Positions 9,418-17,482 of a stretch of DNA of 64,000 nucleotides are shown in pieces. The translations under genes were made by a program, and so were the position numbers. Below the pieces are notes generated by a model. The model was not told where the DNA came from, made no database searches, and saw only the letters and a list, made by a program, of their open reading frames with translations. Numbering within the stretch: position 1 is the first letter of the stretch; every line of letters begins with the position of its first letter. The DNA comes from a virus. Location: positions 23,341 through 87,340 of the IMG/VR virus record IMGVR_UViG_3300036806_000217; one strand, written 5' to 3'.

Positions 9418-9866
9418 TGACCAGCCCTGTCCGCACCAGCACCCCCGACCGGATCAACCCGGACGGCTCGACCACGATCGTCATGAAGCGGGCCTGCAAC
9501 GGCTGCGGCGAGCGCCTCGGCGACGTCACCGAAGCCGAGATGTTCGCCGGGATGAACGGCATCCCGCTGCCCGACGTGCGCCCCGAATGCCCCAACTGCC
9601 GTGCCGAGCACCCCGTTGCCGCATGCCGTCCGATGCGGATCTTCGCTGGCCCCGCCGAGTGCCTCAACGAGGAGTGCGAGGAGTACGCCACCGAAGAAGG
9701 CGACGACTCGGGCATCGACAGCTGCTCCCACATCCGCGAGGAGATCTGCTGCGCCGAGCACTCGACGATCCACGAGGACGACGTGGACCCGGCCGAACCG
9801 TGGCCCTGCCAGTACGACACCGGCCGCGCCGCCGCTGCCCCGGTGGCGGAGGGCGGCCAGCGGTGA
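9417..9866 (+). CDS. Cys-rich hypothetical protein
   Basis: TGATG coupling; CNGC...CPNC and EPWPC motifs. Confidence 0.65.
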   Translation: MTSPVRTSTPDRINPDGSTTIVMKRACNGCGERLGDVTEAEMFAGMNGIPLPDVRPECPNCRAEHPVAACRPMRIFAGPAECLNEECEEYATEEGDDSGIDSCSHIREEICCAEHSTIHEDDVDPAEPWPCQYDTGRAAAAPVAEGGQR

Positions 9867-9955
9867 GCGCCCCAGCATCCCGCATTTTTGCGGGTTACTC
9901 GGGCCGCCCCACAGTTCGGCCCCACCCTGCTGCCAACCCACCTTGGAGGATCCCG

Positions 9956-10423
9956 ATGATCAGCCCCGCCGCACGATTCGCTGCCGCCTACGCCGCCCTG
10001 ACCGCCAGCCACGAGGTCGCCGATCATTGGGTCCAGGTCGACTCCTGTGCCGTCGCCAAGGGCACGCCGGGCCCGACCGGGGCGAAGGCCTGCGCGACCC
10101 ACGTCGCGACCTACACCGCCACCCAGGCCGTCGCGCTGCTCGTCGCTGACCGGCTGCTCGGCCTCGGCCTGACCCCGCGCCGTACCGCCGCAGCCCTGGC
10201 GATCTCCGCCGTGACGCACTACGTCGCCGACCGTCAGGCTGGGCACTGGCGCGACGACCACCCGCGCGGTGTCGCGTGGCTCGCCGCCGTGACCGGACAT
10301 CGGGGCTGGCTGGAGCGCGACCCCGGCTCCCCGTACCTGATGGATCAGGCTTGGCACAAGGGCTGGATCGCCGTGGCCGCCCTTGCTGCTGCTGTGCCGG
10401 TGCCCGGGGACGGCGCGAGGTGA
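9956..10423 (+). CDS. DUF3307-like membrane protein
   Basis: 'HEVADHWVQ', 'HVATY', 'HYVADR', 'DQAWH' His/Asp pattern. Confidence 0.65.
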   Translation: MISPAARFAAAYAALTASHEVADHWVQVDSCAVAKGTPGPTGAKACATHVATYTATQAVALLVADRLLGLGLTPRRTAAALAISAVTHYVADRQAGHWRDDHPRGVAWLAAVTGHRGWLERDPGSPYLMDQAWHKGWIAVAALAAAVPVPGDGAR

Positions 10424-10635
10424 GCGCCCGGATCTGTCGGCATCCGCTGCGGATCGTCCCGCACCTGCCGCAGTGGCTCACCTGCGACCTCTGCTGCGCC
10501 GACTTCCTGCACCGGGAGGACTGCCCCGGCATCGGTAGTCCGGTGTGCGCGCAGCGGTGCATGGGCGGGGCGACCGTCGACCCGCTGCTCCTGATGTGGA
10601 TCCAGCCCGCCTGCGAGAGGACCGACCATGCCTGA
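10420..10635 (+). CDS. Small Cys-rich protein
   Basis: GTGA coupling. Confidence 0.45.
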   Translation: MSARICRHPLRIVPHLPQWLTCDLCCADFLHREDCPGIGSPVCAQRCMGGATVDPLLLMWIQPACERTDHA

Positions 10636-10831
10636 CCTTCCCCCCACCGACGAGCAGGTCCTCACCGCCGCCGCCAGCGGATACAACGCGCACACCATCG
10701 CCCGACTCCTCGGCGTCGAGGACACGGCCGTTCGCCGCACCATCGCCCGGATCCGGCGCCGCCTCGGGGCGACCAGCCTCGACCACGCCGTACAGATTCA
10801 CCAGACCAGCAAGGAGCAGCCCGATGCCTGA
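10628..10831 (+). CDS. Stand-alone LuxR-type HTH protein
   Basis: 'VLTAAASGYNAHTIARLLGVEDTAVRRTIARIRRRLGA'. Confidence 0.7.
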   Translation: MPDLPPTDEQVLTAAASGYNAHTIARLLGVEDTAVRRTIARIRRRLGATSLDHAVQIHQTSKEQPDA

Positions 10832-11165
10832 CCTCACGCCCGCCGACGAACTGAGGGCCGCAGCCGAGCGCTTGCGCCGCCTCGGGAACGCCGCCCTGAT
10901 GGACGTCCTCACCAACAGCTTCTGGCACTCCGAGATCGTCCCCGCCGAGGACTCTGACGGCCGCTACGCCCACGGGATGCGCAGCGGGATGGGCGGTGAG
11001 GCCGGAGACCTGGGCGCGGTGTTTACGCCGGGCATGGTGACGCTGCTCGCGGAGTGGCTGGACACGGCCGCCGACTACGCCGAGCCGGGCGTCCACTTCC
11101 CCACGCACATCGGCCGCGCCTACGCCGTTGCGCGGGCCGTCAACACCCCGACCGAGGAGACCTGA
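10824..11165 (+). CDS. Hypothetical phage protein
   Basis: AAGGAG RBS; 'TPADELRAAAERLR...LAEWLD'. Confidence 0.65.
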   Translation: MPDLTPADELRAAAERLRRLGNAALMDVLTNSFWHSEIVPAEDSDGRYAHGMRSGMGGEAGDLGAVFTPGMVTLLAEWLDTAADYAEPGVHFPTHIGRAYAVARAVNTPTEET

Positions 11166-11566
11166 TGGCCACCACCCTGCGCGACGAGATCAAGGCCGCC
11201 CTGTCCGAGGCGGGCGCGTTCTGCGGCGAGTGCGGATTCGAGCCCGGCGACACTGGCTGCCCCGACTGCCAGCGCTGCCACGACATGTACGCCACCGCCG
11301 TGCTCGCCGTGGTGCACCCGCTGCTCGACGCCCAGCGGGCCGAGGTCGACGCGGCCCACGCCCGCTGCGCCGACTGGGAGCAGGCCCACCGCAAGCTCGT
11401 GGCCCGCTGCGGGCAGCTGCGGTTCGCCATCCGGGTGGCCTCGGCCGCGCTGCGCGCCACCGCCGACCGGCTCGACGACGGGGCCGTCGAACCCATCCAG
11501 GCCGAGACGCTGCGTCGCACCGCAGTGGACCTCGACGCCATGGCTGACACGAAGGAGCCATCATGA
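11165..11566 (+). CDS. Hypothetical protein (2x CxxC + coiled coil)
   Basis: TGATG coupling. Confidence 0.6.
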   Translation: MATTLRDEIKAALSEAGAFCGECGFEPGDTGCPDCQRCHDMYATAVLAVVHPLLDAQRAEVDAAHARCADWEQAHRKLVARCGQLRFAIRVASAALRATADRLDDGAVEPIQAETLRRTAVDLDAMADTKEPS

Positions 11567-11751
11567 TCGTCGCGACGTACACCGTGATCTGCACCGGCTG
11601 CGGGGCCCAAGGCCCGTCGAGCAGCACCTCGCCCGGCCGCGCCCGCGACGAGGCGAAGCGCGACGGCTGGACGCTGACACCCAACCCCGAACCGGGCCAG
11701 CGCGAACCTGTCGACCTGTGCTCGAACTGCGCCACCACGAAGGAGACCTGA
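11563..11751 (+). CDS. Small Zn-finger protein
   Basis: CTGC...GW...DLCSNC. Confidence 0.6.
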   Translation: MIVATYTVICTGCGAQGPSSSTSPGRARDEAKRDGWTLTPNPEPGQREPVDLCSNCATTKET

Positions 11752-11752
11752 G

Positions 11753-12019
11753 ATGCCCGGCGACCCGGCGTCCGACCTGCGCGACGCCCTACTGGCCAAC
11801 AGTGAGGCTGCTACTGAGCGGGCCCGGATGGTGCGGGCCCACCTCGCCGACCGGGAACGCATGGTGTTCGCGCACCGGCGCCTGGCCGCCGTCATCACTG
11901 CCGCCCGCCGGCTGGCGCTCGCCTCGGACGGTGAGCCGTGGGCTGCGGACCTGCTGCGGGTCCTTGGGGACGCGGGGGTGTGCACGATCAGCGCGGAGGA
12001 CAAGCGGGAGCAGCGGTGA
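11753..12019 (+). CDS. Hypothetical protein
   Basis: AAGGAG RBS; last gene before terminator. Confidence 0.55.
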   Translation: MPGDPASDLRDALLANSEAATERARMVRAHLADRERMVFAHRRLAAVITAARRLALASDGEPWAADLLRVLGDAGVCTISAEDKREQR

Positions 12020-12024
12020 ACCGT

Positions 12025-12064
12025 CGAAGGCGGCCAGCCCCATTCCTCGGGCTGGCCGCCTTCG
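12025..12064. terminator. Hairpin terminator between convergent operons
   Basis: Perfect 16-bp stem CGAAGGCGGCCAGCCC/GGGCTGGCCGCCTTCG. Confidence 0.75.
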
Positions 12065-12113
12065 TCGCGCCGTGTTCCCGGTCGCCCGCGAGCGGCCTGG
12101 TGCGCTGACACCG

Positions 12114-12135
12114 ACGCTACGGCGAGGCACTGACA
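12114..12135 (-). promoter_or_regulatory. RecA-NDp/PafBC-type DNA-damage promoter motif
   Basis: Minus strand TGTCAGTG-N8-TAGCGT matches TGTCRgtg-N8-TAnnnT. Confidence 0.55.
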
Positions 12136-12541
12136 TCACAGGCGCCGGATGCCCTGCGCCCCCATCGCGGTCAGCGCGGACTCGACCTCGGTCAACTGCT
12201 CGCGCAGGTCCATCAGCCGCTGCGCCTCCACGGCGTGGGCGTCCAGGAGGGGCCGCAGGTCGTCGCCGAGGATGCCCGCGAAATGCCGGTTGGCCTCGCG
12301 GTGGCTCTCCCGCAGGCTCTCGACGAGCCGGTCGACGGCGAACATCGACTGGGTGACCAGTTCCCACGGCCGCCGGCGCAGGGCCTCGACACGCCACTCC
12401 TCGGACGGGAGGATCTCGCGGATCCAGGCGATGACACGGACGGGCAGGTCGGGATCATGTGGTGGCGGGAGTTGCCGGGGCCAGGTGTGCGGGGGTATCC
12501 CAGGGCGAGGGCGACGTTCGGGGATGCGTTCGATTGTGCAT
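12136..12541 (-). pseudogene. Hypothetical gene, apparently frameshifted near its 5' end or using a non-standard start
   Basis: Protein-like frame (WPRQLPPP...WIREILP) extends about 60 codons upstream of ATG 12345 with no ATG/GTG/TTG; ATG 12541 is 1 nt out of frame. Confidence 0.4.
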
Positions 12542-12576
12542 GCGCGGGGGCAGGCGGGCCAGTGGTGCGAGGCAGG

Positions 12577-12771
12577 TCACAGCCCCGGCAGGGCGTCCTG
12601 CTCGACGTCGTGCCGCCGCTCCCGGAAGTCCACATCACGGCAGCACGGGCCCATCCGCAGCATGCGCGACAGGCCGTCCGTGAGCAGCCGGCCACCGCAG
12701 CGGCCCTCGCAGTGCACAGCAGGACGCCCCCCGGATGGCGGTGCACCGGGGAGTGTCGCGGGCGCGGTCAT
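12577..12771 (-). CDS. DUF6011-like Zn-finger protein
   Basis: 'CEGRCGGRLLTDGLSRMLRMGPCC'. Confidence 0.65.
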   Translation of the reverse strand: MTAPATLPGAPPSGGRPAVHCEGRCGGRLLTDGLSRMLRMGPCCRDVDFRERRHDVEQDALPGL

Positions 12772-13115
12772 GCATCTTCCGGTTCCGGGCGGCCGTGCCC
12801 GTCGATCTCCCCGCCGGGTGGCGGAAGCTCAGGTGGTGCAGTCGCCTGCGCGGCGATTCGCTCGGCCTCCAGGACGGCCCATGAGCGGCCGTGCTCGTCC
12901 CAGAGTGCATCCCAGGCCCGCCCGGCATGGCCGAGCAGACGGCTGCAGACGAGGATTGCCGCGGCGGCGAGGGCGAGGAACACGCCCAGGTAGATCGCCG
13001 TGGCGTGGCTGGGGTTGATCCAGGTGGCGAACCCGGCTGTGATCATGGCCACGCTCGTTGCGACGCCCGCAGAGAGCACGTTGATCATCCACATCGCATG
13101 GGACCGGGACGTCAC
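12768..13115 (-). CDS. Two-TM membrane protein
   Basis: Two hydrophobic segments; coupled overlaps. Confidence 0.6.
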   Translation of the reverse strand: MTSRSHAMWMINVLSAGVATSVAMITAGFATWINPSHATAIYLGVFLALAAAAILVCSRLLGHAGRAWDALWDEHGRSWAVLEAERIAAQATAPPELPPPGGEIDGHGRPEPEDA

Positions 13116-13672
13116 GGCTCCCCCGCAATGTCCGCCGCCCCGCCGCTGGTCACGGCTTTGTCCGGCGTTGTCCGGGACGCCGTTGCCTGGGCAGGCAATG
13201 GCGTGGCCTTGTCCAGCACGGGAGGCTCGTGCCGACAGACCGGGCAGGCGCAGACCTCGTCCGGCCCGTACTTACACGTCACGCGGCACTGGCCGTGCAG
13301 GCCATGCTGACAGGCTGTACTCAGGTAGAAGTGCGCCCCGTCGGCCGCTTCCCGGTATGCGTCGATGGCCGCTCCCAACTGCTCGGCCGCGTCGTGCACC
13401 CCGGCCTGTGACAGCTGGCTGGCGATGGCCTGTACAGCCTCAACGAGGACATCGGTGCGGCAGTAGTCGGCGTAGGAGCGCGTCAGCAGACTGGAGCAAT
13501 TCAGGCAGCTTGTTTCCCACGTGATCGCCTGGTTCAGCTCGGCGAGTTGTCGGCGCAGTTGGTCGCGCTCGCGGAGCAGCCCGTCCACGGCGGTCACCGC
13601 GTCGGCGAGCGGGACGGTGTTGTACTCCGGGTGCAGGTTGCGGCGCAGCACCTCGCGCAGGTCCTCGGTCAC
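13112..13672 (-). CDS. Hypothetical phage protein with Cys-rich domain
   Basis: 'HFYLSTACQHGLHGQCRVTCKY...CACPVC'. Confidence 0.65.
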   Translation of the reverse strand: MTEDLREVLRRNLHPEYNTVPLADAVTAVDGLLRERDQLRRQLAELNQAITWETSCLNCSSLLTRSYADYCRTDVLVEAVQAIASQLSQAGVHDAAEQLGAAIDAYREAADGAHFYLSTACQHGLHGQCRVTCKYGPDEVCACPVCRHEPPVLDKATPLPAQATASRTTPDKAVTSGGAADIAGEP

Positions 13673-13674
13673 CG

Positions 13675-13836
13675 TCAGCTCCCGCTCGATCCGGCGAGCT
13701 GCGACGAGGGCCGCGCCACCCGGTCGAGCATCTCGCCGGCTGCCTCGCCCGGCTCCCAGTCGCGCAGGTCGGTCAGGCTGGTGCCGGTCAGGTCCGGCAG
13801 CCACGTGGTCAGGTCGGCGGGCGCGGGGTTGTTCAC
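13675..13836 (-). CDS. 53-aa peptide resembling FxSxx-COOH RiPP precursor leaders
   Basis: GGAG RBS; 'LPDLTGTSLTDLR...LDRVARPSSQLAGSSGS'. Confidence 0.55.
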   Translation of the reverse strand: MNNPAPADLTTWLPDLTGTSLTDLRDWEPGEAAGEMLDRVARPSSQLAGSSGS

Positions 13837-14066
13837 GGTGTCTCCAGGGGGTTGAGGCGGCCGACGGCGGCACGGATGCGGGTCGCGGCCATGCGAAAAG
13901 ACGGCTGGTGGGTGATCGCGTCCAGGTTGGCGCACTCGGTGCGGATGGCGTCGAGGACCGCGTCGAGGAGGTCCTCGGCGGCGCGTGCCTGCTGCTCGGC
14001 GGCGAGGGCGCGCTGCTGCCAGTCCACGGCGGGGGCGAGGAGCGGGCGGGTGTCGACGGCGGTCAC
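13833..14066 (-). CDS. Hypothetical protein
   Basis: Coupled overlaps on both sides. Confidence 0.5.
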   Translation of the reverse strand: MTAVDTRPLLAPAVDWQQRALAAEQQARAAEDLLDAVLDAIRTECANLDAITHQPSFRMAATRIRAAVGRLNPLETP

Positions 14067-14350
14067 CACGACCCACCGTGCCGCTCGGGGTGGCAGCAGG
14101 TGCTGCCGTCGCAGGTGCAGGCCTCGGTGTGGCTGCCGAAGGTGCAGCACAGGCAGGTGTCCTCGGGCGCTGCCTGCGGGCAGTCGGCGCGGCGCATGGC
14201 CGTCAGTTGGGCAATCCGGATGGTGAGGGCGTCGCGCTCGTCGAGGAGCTCCTCCACGTCGGCCCGGGGCCAGCCCTCATCCCGGTCAGCGGGGACAGCG
14301 GCCAGGTAGGCGCGGACCCGGGTGGCCGCCAGGGCGTCGATGCCGCTCAC
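14063..14350 (-). CDS. Hypothetical protein with Cys-rich C-terminus
   Basis: GAGGAG-like RBS; GTGA coupling. Confidence 0.55.
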   Translation of the reverse strand: MSGIDALAATRVRAYLAAVPADRDEGWPRADVEELLDERDALTIRIAQLTAMRRADCPQAAPEDTCLCCTFGSHTEACTCDGSTCCHPERHGGSW

Positions 14351-14700
14351 CGGTTCCTCCTCACCGCGGCGGGTTCCTGCGCCCACCACCAGCCCGCACG
14401 TGTCCTGTGCCGATCCAGGTGCCCCGGGGCCAGGTTGCACGCTTCGGGCGGGTACGACGACGGCACGAGGTGCGCGGGGCCGCCCATGTGCCCGCACTCT
14501 GGCTCGCCGTAGGCCGGGAACGGCATGAACCAGTCCGCATGGCCCAGGATGTTCTGCTCGTCGCGGTAGCACAGGTGTGTGAGGCAGCCGCCGCACATCT
14601 CGCACTCCACGCAGCGGTCCAGGTCCCACGGGTCGACCTGCAGGCCGAAGCGGGCCATGTAGCGGGCGTTGCCGCACGGCGTCGTCCAGGTGTAGGTCAT
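14347..14700 (-). CDS. Cys/His-rich hypothetical protein
   Basis: ATGA coupling; 'CNLAPGHLDRH'. Confidence 0.55.
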   Translation of the reverse strand: MTYTWTTPCGNARYMARFGLQVDPWDLDRCVECEMCGGCLTHLCYRDEQNILGHADWFMPFPAYGEPECGHMGGPAHLVPSSYPPEACNLAPGHLDRHRTRAGWWWAQEPAAVRRNR

Positions 14701-15011
14701 CCCCATTCCTCCCCGCGCGGTTCGCCGCAGCCGCGCAGCGTGATCTGGTCGGGGCGGACCCCGAACTCGGCGGCGACCCGGGCGCGTTCGGCTTCGTGCT
14801 GCTCGGCCTGTGCGTGTGCCTCTGCGAGCCGCTCCTCGACCTCGGCGTCGGTGAGTTGCGTCGCGTCGAGTCCGGCGCGGAGTGCGCCACCGTTGGCGAC
14901 CAGCCACTGGCGGAAGGCGGCCAGGTCCAGGGTGGGCAGCGCGGCGATCTCGGCGTCCGTCGTCGGGCGGGGCGGGATGTCGAAGTCGTAGCGGTCCTCG
15001 GGCGCGGTCAC
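14697..15011 (-). CDS. Hypothetical protein
   Basis: Coupled overlaps. Confidence 0.55.
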   Translation of the reverse strand: MTAPEDRYDFDIPPRPTTDAEIAALPTLDLAAFRQWLVANGGALRAGLDATQLTDAEVEERLAEAHAQAEQHEAERARVAAEFGVRPDQITLRGCGEPRGEEWG

Positions 15012-15535
15012 GGGGTTGCCACCTTGTCCAGGCTCGCGGCCCACTCGGTCAGCTGCTCAAAGTCGCCCGGCAGCAGCCCGAGTCGCGGGCTGACGGTCAG
15101 CAGCAGCGCCGGGCCGGGGTGGATGTCGGCGACGTACTCGCGGTCCGGGTCGCCGATCTCGTCGTCGATCCACGCGAACGGGCGGCCCTGGGCCCAGCGG
15201 ACGACTTCCCACGTCTTGAAGTACGTGCCGTCCTTGCGGCTCGGCAGGCGGACTTCCTCGAACGGGACGTGGTCCAGGGTGGGCAGGCCGAGGTGCGGGC
15301 CGATCCAGTCGTTGGCCTCCGTCTGCCAGGTGGTGCACCAGACCAGTTCGAACGGCAGCGCCATCAGGGCCGGGCCGTGCTCGGGGTTGAGCCACACCCG
15401 CAGCGGTTTGACGTGCGGGCCGGTCCAGCCGGATGGGCGCATGCGGTGCGTCTCGTAGCCCTCGGGGCGGCGGGACGCCTTGGCGGCGTAGGGGTTGAGT
15501 GGGCCGTCGACGTCGATGAGGAGCAGCGGCTTCAT
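15008..15535 (-). CDS. HAD-superfamily protein (HAD_SAK type)
   Basis: 'LLIDVDGPLNP', 'LVWCTTW', 'K...RPFAWIDDE'. Confidence 0.8.
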   Translation of the reverse strand: MKPLLLIDVDGPLNPYAAKASRRPEGYETHRMRPSGWTGPHVKPLRVWLNPEHGPALMALPFELVWCTTWQTEANDWIGPHLGLPTLDHVPFEEVRLPSRKDGTYFKTWEVVRWAQGRPFAWIDDEIGDPDREYVADIHPGPALLLTVSPRLGLLPGDFEQLTEWAASLDKVATP

Positions 15536-15810
15536 GATCCCGCCTCGACGGGCAGCCACTGGGTGACGGTGACCTCCCGCTGCTCCACGGCGGTCGCGGT
15601 CACTGGGTCGTCGTCGAAGTAGATGCCCTCCATGTCGTGGTGGCGGTAGTAGACCTCCCACGTCTGGCCGTCGAGGTTGAAGACGAGGCGGTGCAGGGTC
15701 TTGCCCTCGTCGGCTTCGAGGATCTCGTCCAGGATGAGGTTCTCGCGGCGGTAGTTCACGCCTGAGTCGATCAGCTCGGCGGCGGTGAAGGTGCGGGTAA
15801 TCGGGGCCAT
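15532..15810 (-). CDS. Hypothetical phage protein
   Basis: AAAGGA RBS; 'VEQREVTVTQW'. Confidence 0.65.
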   Translation of the reverse strand: MAPITRTFTAAELIDSGVNYRRENLILDEILEADEGKTLHRLVFNLDGQTWEVYYRHHDMEGIYFDDDPVTATAVEQREVTVTQWLPVEAGS

Positions 15811-15911
15811 GAGGGTGATCCTTTTGTGATGGTTTGTGGCACTTCATTGTCTCAGGTCTGACGCCCGCTCACATCGCCTTTCGCAGACCCGTTGCGCGGG
15901 CTTTGTGCAGG

Positions 15912-16304
15912 TCAGCCCGCATCCGTGGGCCGGACAGGCGGGTCGTGCTCCGCGTCGTATGCGCAGCCGTGGCAGAAGACCGGCACGCCGTGGTCCGGGA
16001 TGCACGGCGGTCCGGCTGAGAAGAACGCGCGGTGGAGCGCCTCGGCGTTGGCGGTGATCGTCGCAAGCAGCGCCGGATCCAGCGGGCCGCGTACCGCCAG
16101 CCGCTGCTCACGCCTGGCCTTCATGCGGGCCAGCATCTGCTCCCGCGTCGGCCGCTCCCACTGGTGCGCACCGAGGCCGTGATGACCCTCCGGATGGCCG
16201 CAGCGCCTGCACCCGAACGGCGTCGGCACCGTGCCGTGAGGCCAGCGGATCGGGCCACGGCGCAGGCCCGTTGCTAGGTCGGAGGTTACGAGGGTTGGGC
16301 GCAT
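15912..16304 (-). CDS. Hypothetical protein with small CxxC/His domain
   Basis: 'PFGCRRCG...HQWERPTREQMLARMKARR'. Confidence 0.55.
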   Translation of the reverse strand: MRPTLVTSDLATGLRRGPIRWPHGTVPTPFGCRRCGHPEGHHGLGAHQWERPTREQMLARMKARREQRLAVRGPLDPALLATITANAEALHRAFFSAGPPCIPDHGVPVFCHGCAYDAEHDPPVRPTDAG

Positions 16305-16309
16305 GCGGG

Positions 16310-16558
16310 TCAGTCCTCGTCGGGCCACGCGTCGGCCAGCCCCTGCTCGGGCGTGACCTTCCCGGTGGCGATCTCGTGGATGGCGTTCGCCGCAGCCCAG
16401 TTGTCGCCGGGCAGCGAATCACCGAGCGCGTTGGCGATCGTGGCGATGGCGGCCAGGGCTTCGGCGATCACCGCGTCGATGAGCGGGTCGAGGCCGTCGG
16501 CGGTGACGGTGCGGGTGGAGGCGGCGTAGGCGATCAGGTTCTCGCGGGCAGTGGTCAT
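16310..16558 (-). CDS. Hypothetical protein
   Basis: AAGGAG RBS. Confidence 0.6.
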   Translation of the reverse strand: MTTARENLIAYAASTRTVTADGLDPLIDAVIAEALAAIATIANALGDSLPGDNWAAANAIHEIATGKVTPEQGLADAWPDED

Positions 16559-16606
16559 CACGGTCTCCTTGCTGGGCCCGGCCAACGGCAGGACAGGCGG
16601 GGCGGG

Positions 16607-17083
16607 TCAGGGCTGGCGGGTGCAGCAGGCGTGCTCGGGGTCGCACGGCTTCGGGCTGGGCTGGCGGTCGAGGTGCTCACGCCACTCCGGGGTCAGCTCC
16701 GCGTCAGGGACGTCGGCCATATCCCGGACGCGCGGGACGGGCCGCTCCGGCGTGAATGGGTGCTTCCAGGACCGCTCCTCGTCGCCCGGGCAGGCGTTGC
16801 ACGACTGCGGCGCCCACGACCCGTCGCGCTCGTCGCCGTGCTGGTCCTTGCGATGGCCGCAGCGGCACGGTGCCTCGGGCTGCGCGCTGGCAGCACGCTC
16901 GGCCTCACTGACCTGCCGGATCACGCCAGCGAGATCCGCGTGCCCGTACGGGTCGTCGTCCTGCATGAACCCGGCGTCGCACAGGGCCCGGCGGATGTCG
17001 TCGAGCTGGTGCTCCTTTGCGCGGCGGGCCTGGTGGGCGAGACGGAGACGATGCTCCAGGGCGGCGACGGTCGGATCGGTCAC
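16607..17083 (-). CDS. Hypothetical phage protein
   Basis: AAGGAG RBS; 'CRCGH...H...CNAC'. Confidence 0.6.
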   Translation of the reverse strand: MTDPTVAALEHRLRLAHQARRAKEHQLDDIRRALCDAGFMQDDDPYGHADLAGVIRQVSEAERAASAQPEAPCRCGHRKDQHGDERDGSWAPQSCNACPGDEERSWKHPFTPERPVPRVRDMADVPDAELTPEWREHLDRQPSPKPCDPEHACCTRQP

Positions 17084-17136
17084 AGCGGTTCTCCTTCGGG
17101 TTGGCTGCCCGGCCGGACAGCAGGGGTGGGGATGGG

Positions 17137-17244
17137 TCAGTACTGATTCCAGGCCTTGTTGCACCATCCGGCCGCGAGGGCGAACCAGTGCAGCGGTGAG
17201 AACCGCAGTCGCAGACAGCGGGGACACACGAGCTTCTCGATCAT
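17137..17244 (-). CDS. 35-aa peptide (MIEKLVCPRC...)
   Basis: ATGA overlap with upstream gene; below the ORF-track cutoff. Confidence 0.4.
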   Translation of the reverse strand: MIEKLVCPRCLRLRFSPLHWFALAAGWCNKAWNQY

Positions 17245-17465
17245 TCGCCCGTCTCCTTGCCGCCGAAGTGGGTCTTGAGCTTGGCGGCGATGTCGGCTTC
17301 GGTTCGGCCGCCGACGATCGCGATCCGCTGCGCCGGAAGGCCGACCTCCGCGAGGTCGAGGATGATCGGCTCGTCGGCCATGAGGCGGGTCATGTTCTCG
17401 CCCGACAGGCCGAGAATCACGATGGGCTGCGGGCTCTTGCCGTCGTAGGCAGTGGCCTTGATCAC
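17241..17465 (-). CDS. Small hypothetical protein
   Basis: GGAG RBS; 'VILGLSGENMTRLMADEPI'. Confidence 0.65.
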   Translation of the reverse strand: MIKATAYDGKSPQPIVILGLSGENMTRLMADEPIILDLAEVGLPAQRIAIVGGRTEADIAAKLKTHFGGKETGE

Positions 17466-17482
17466 GCGGGTCTCCGATCGGG

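Noticed and set aside
12514-12533. Possible LexA box (TCGAAC-N4-GTTCGA)
   Set aside because: Only one good half-site; three mismatches in the other.
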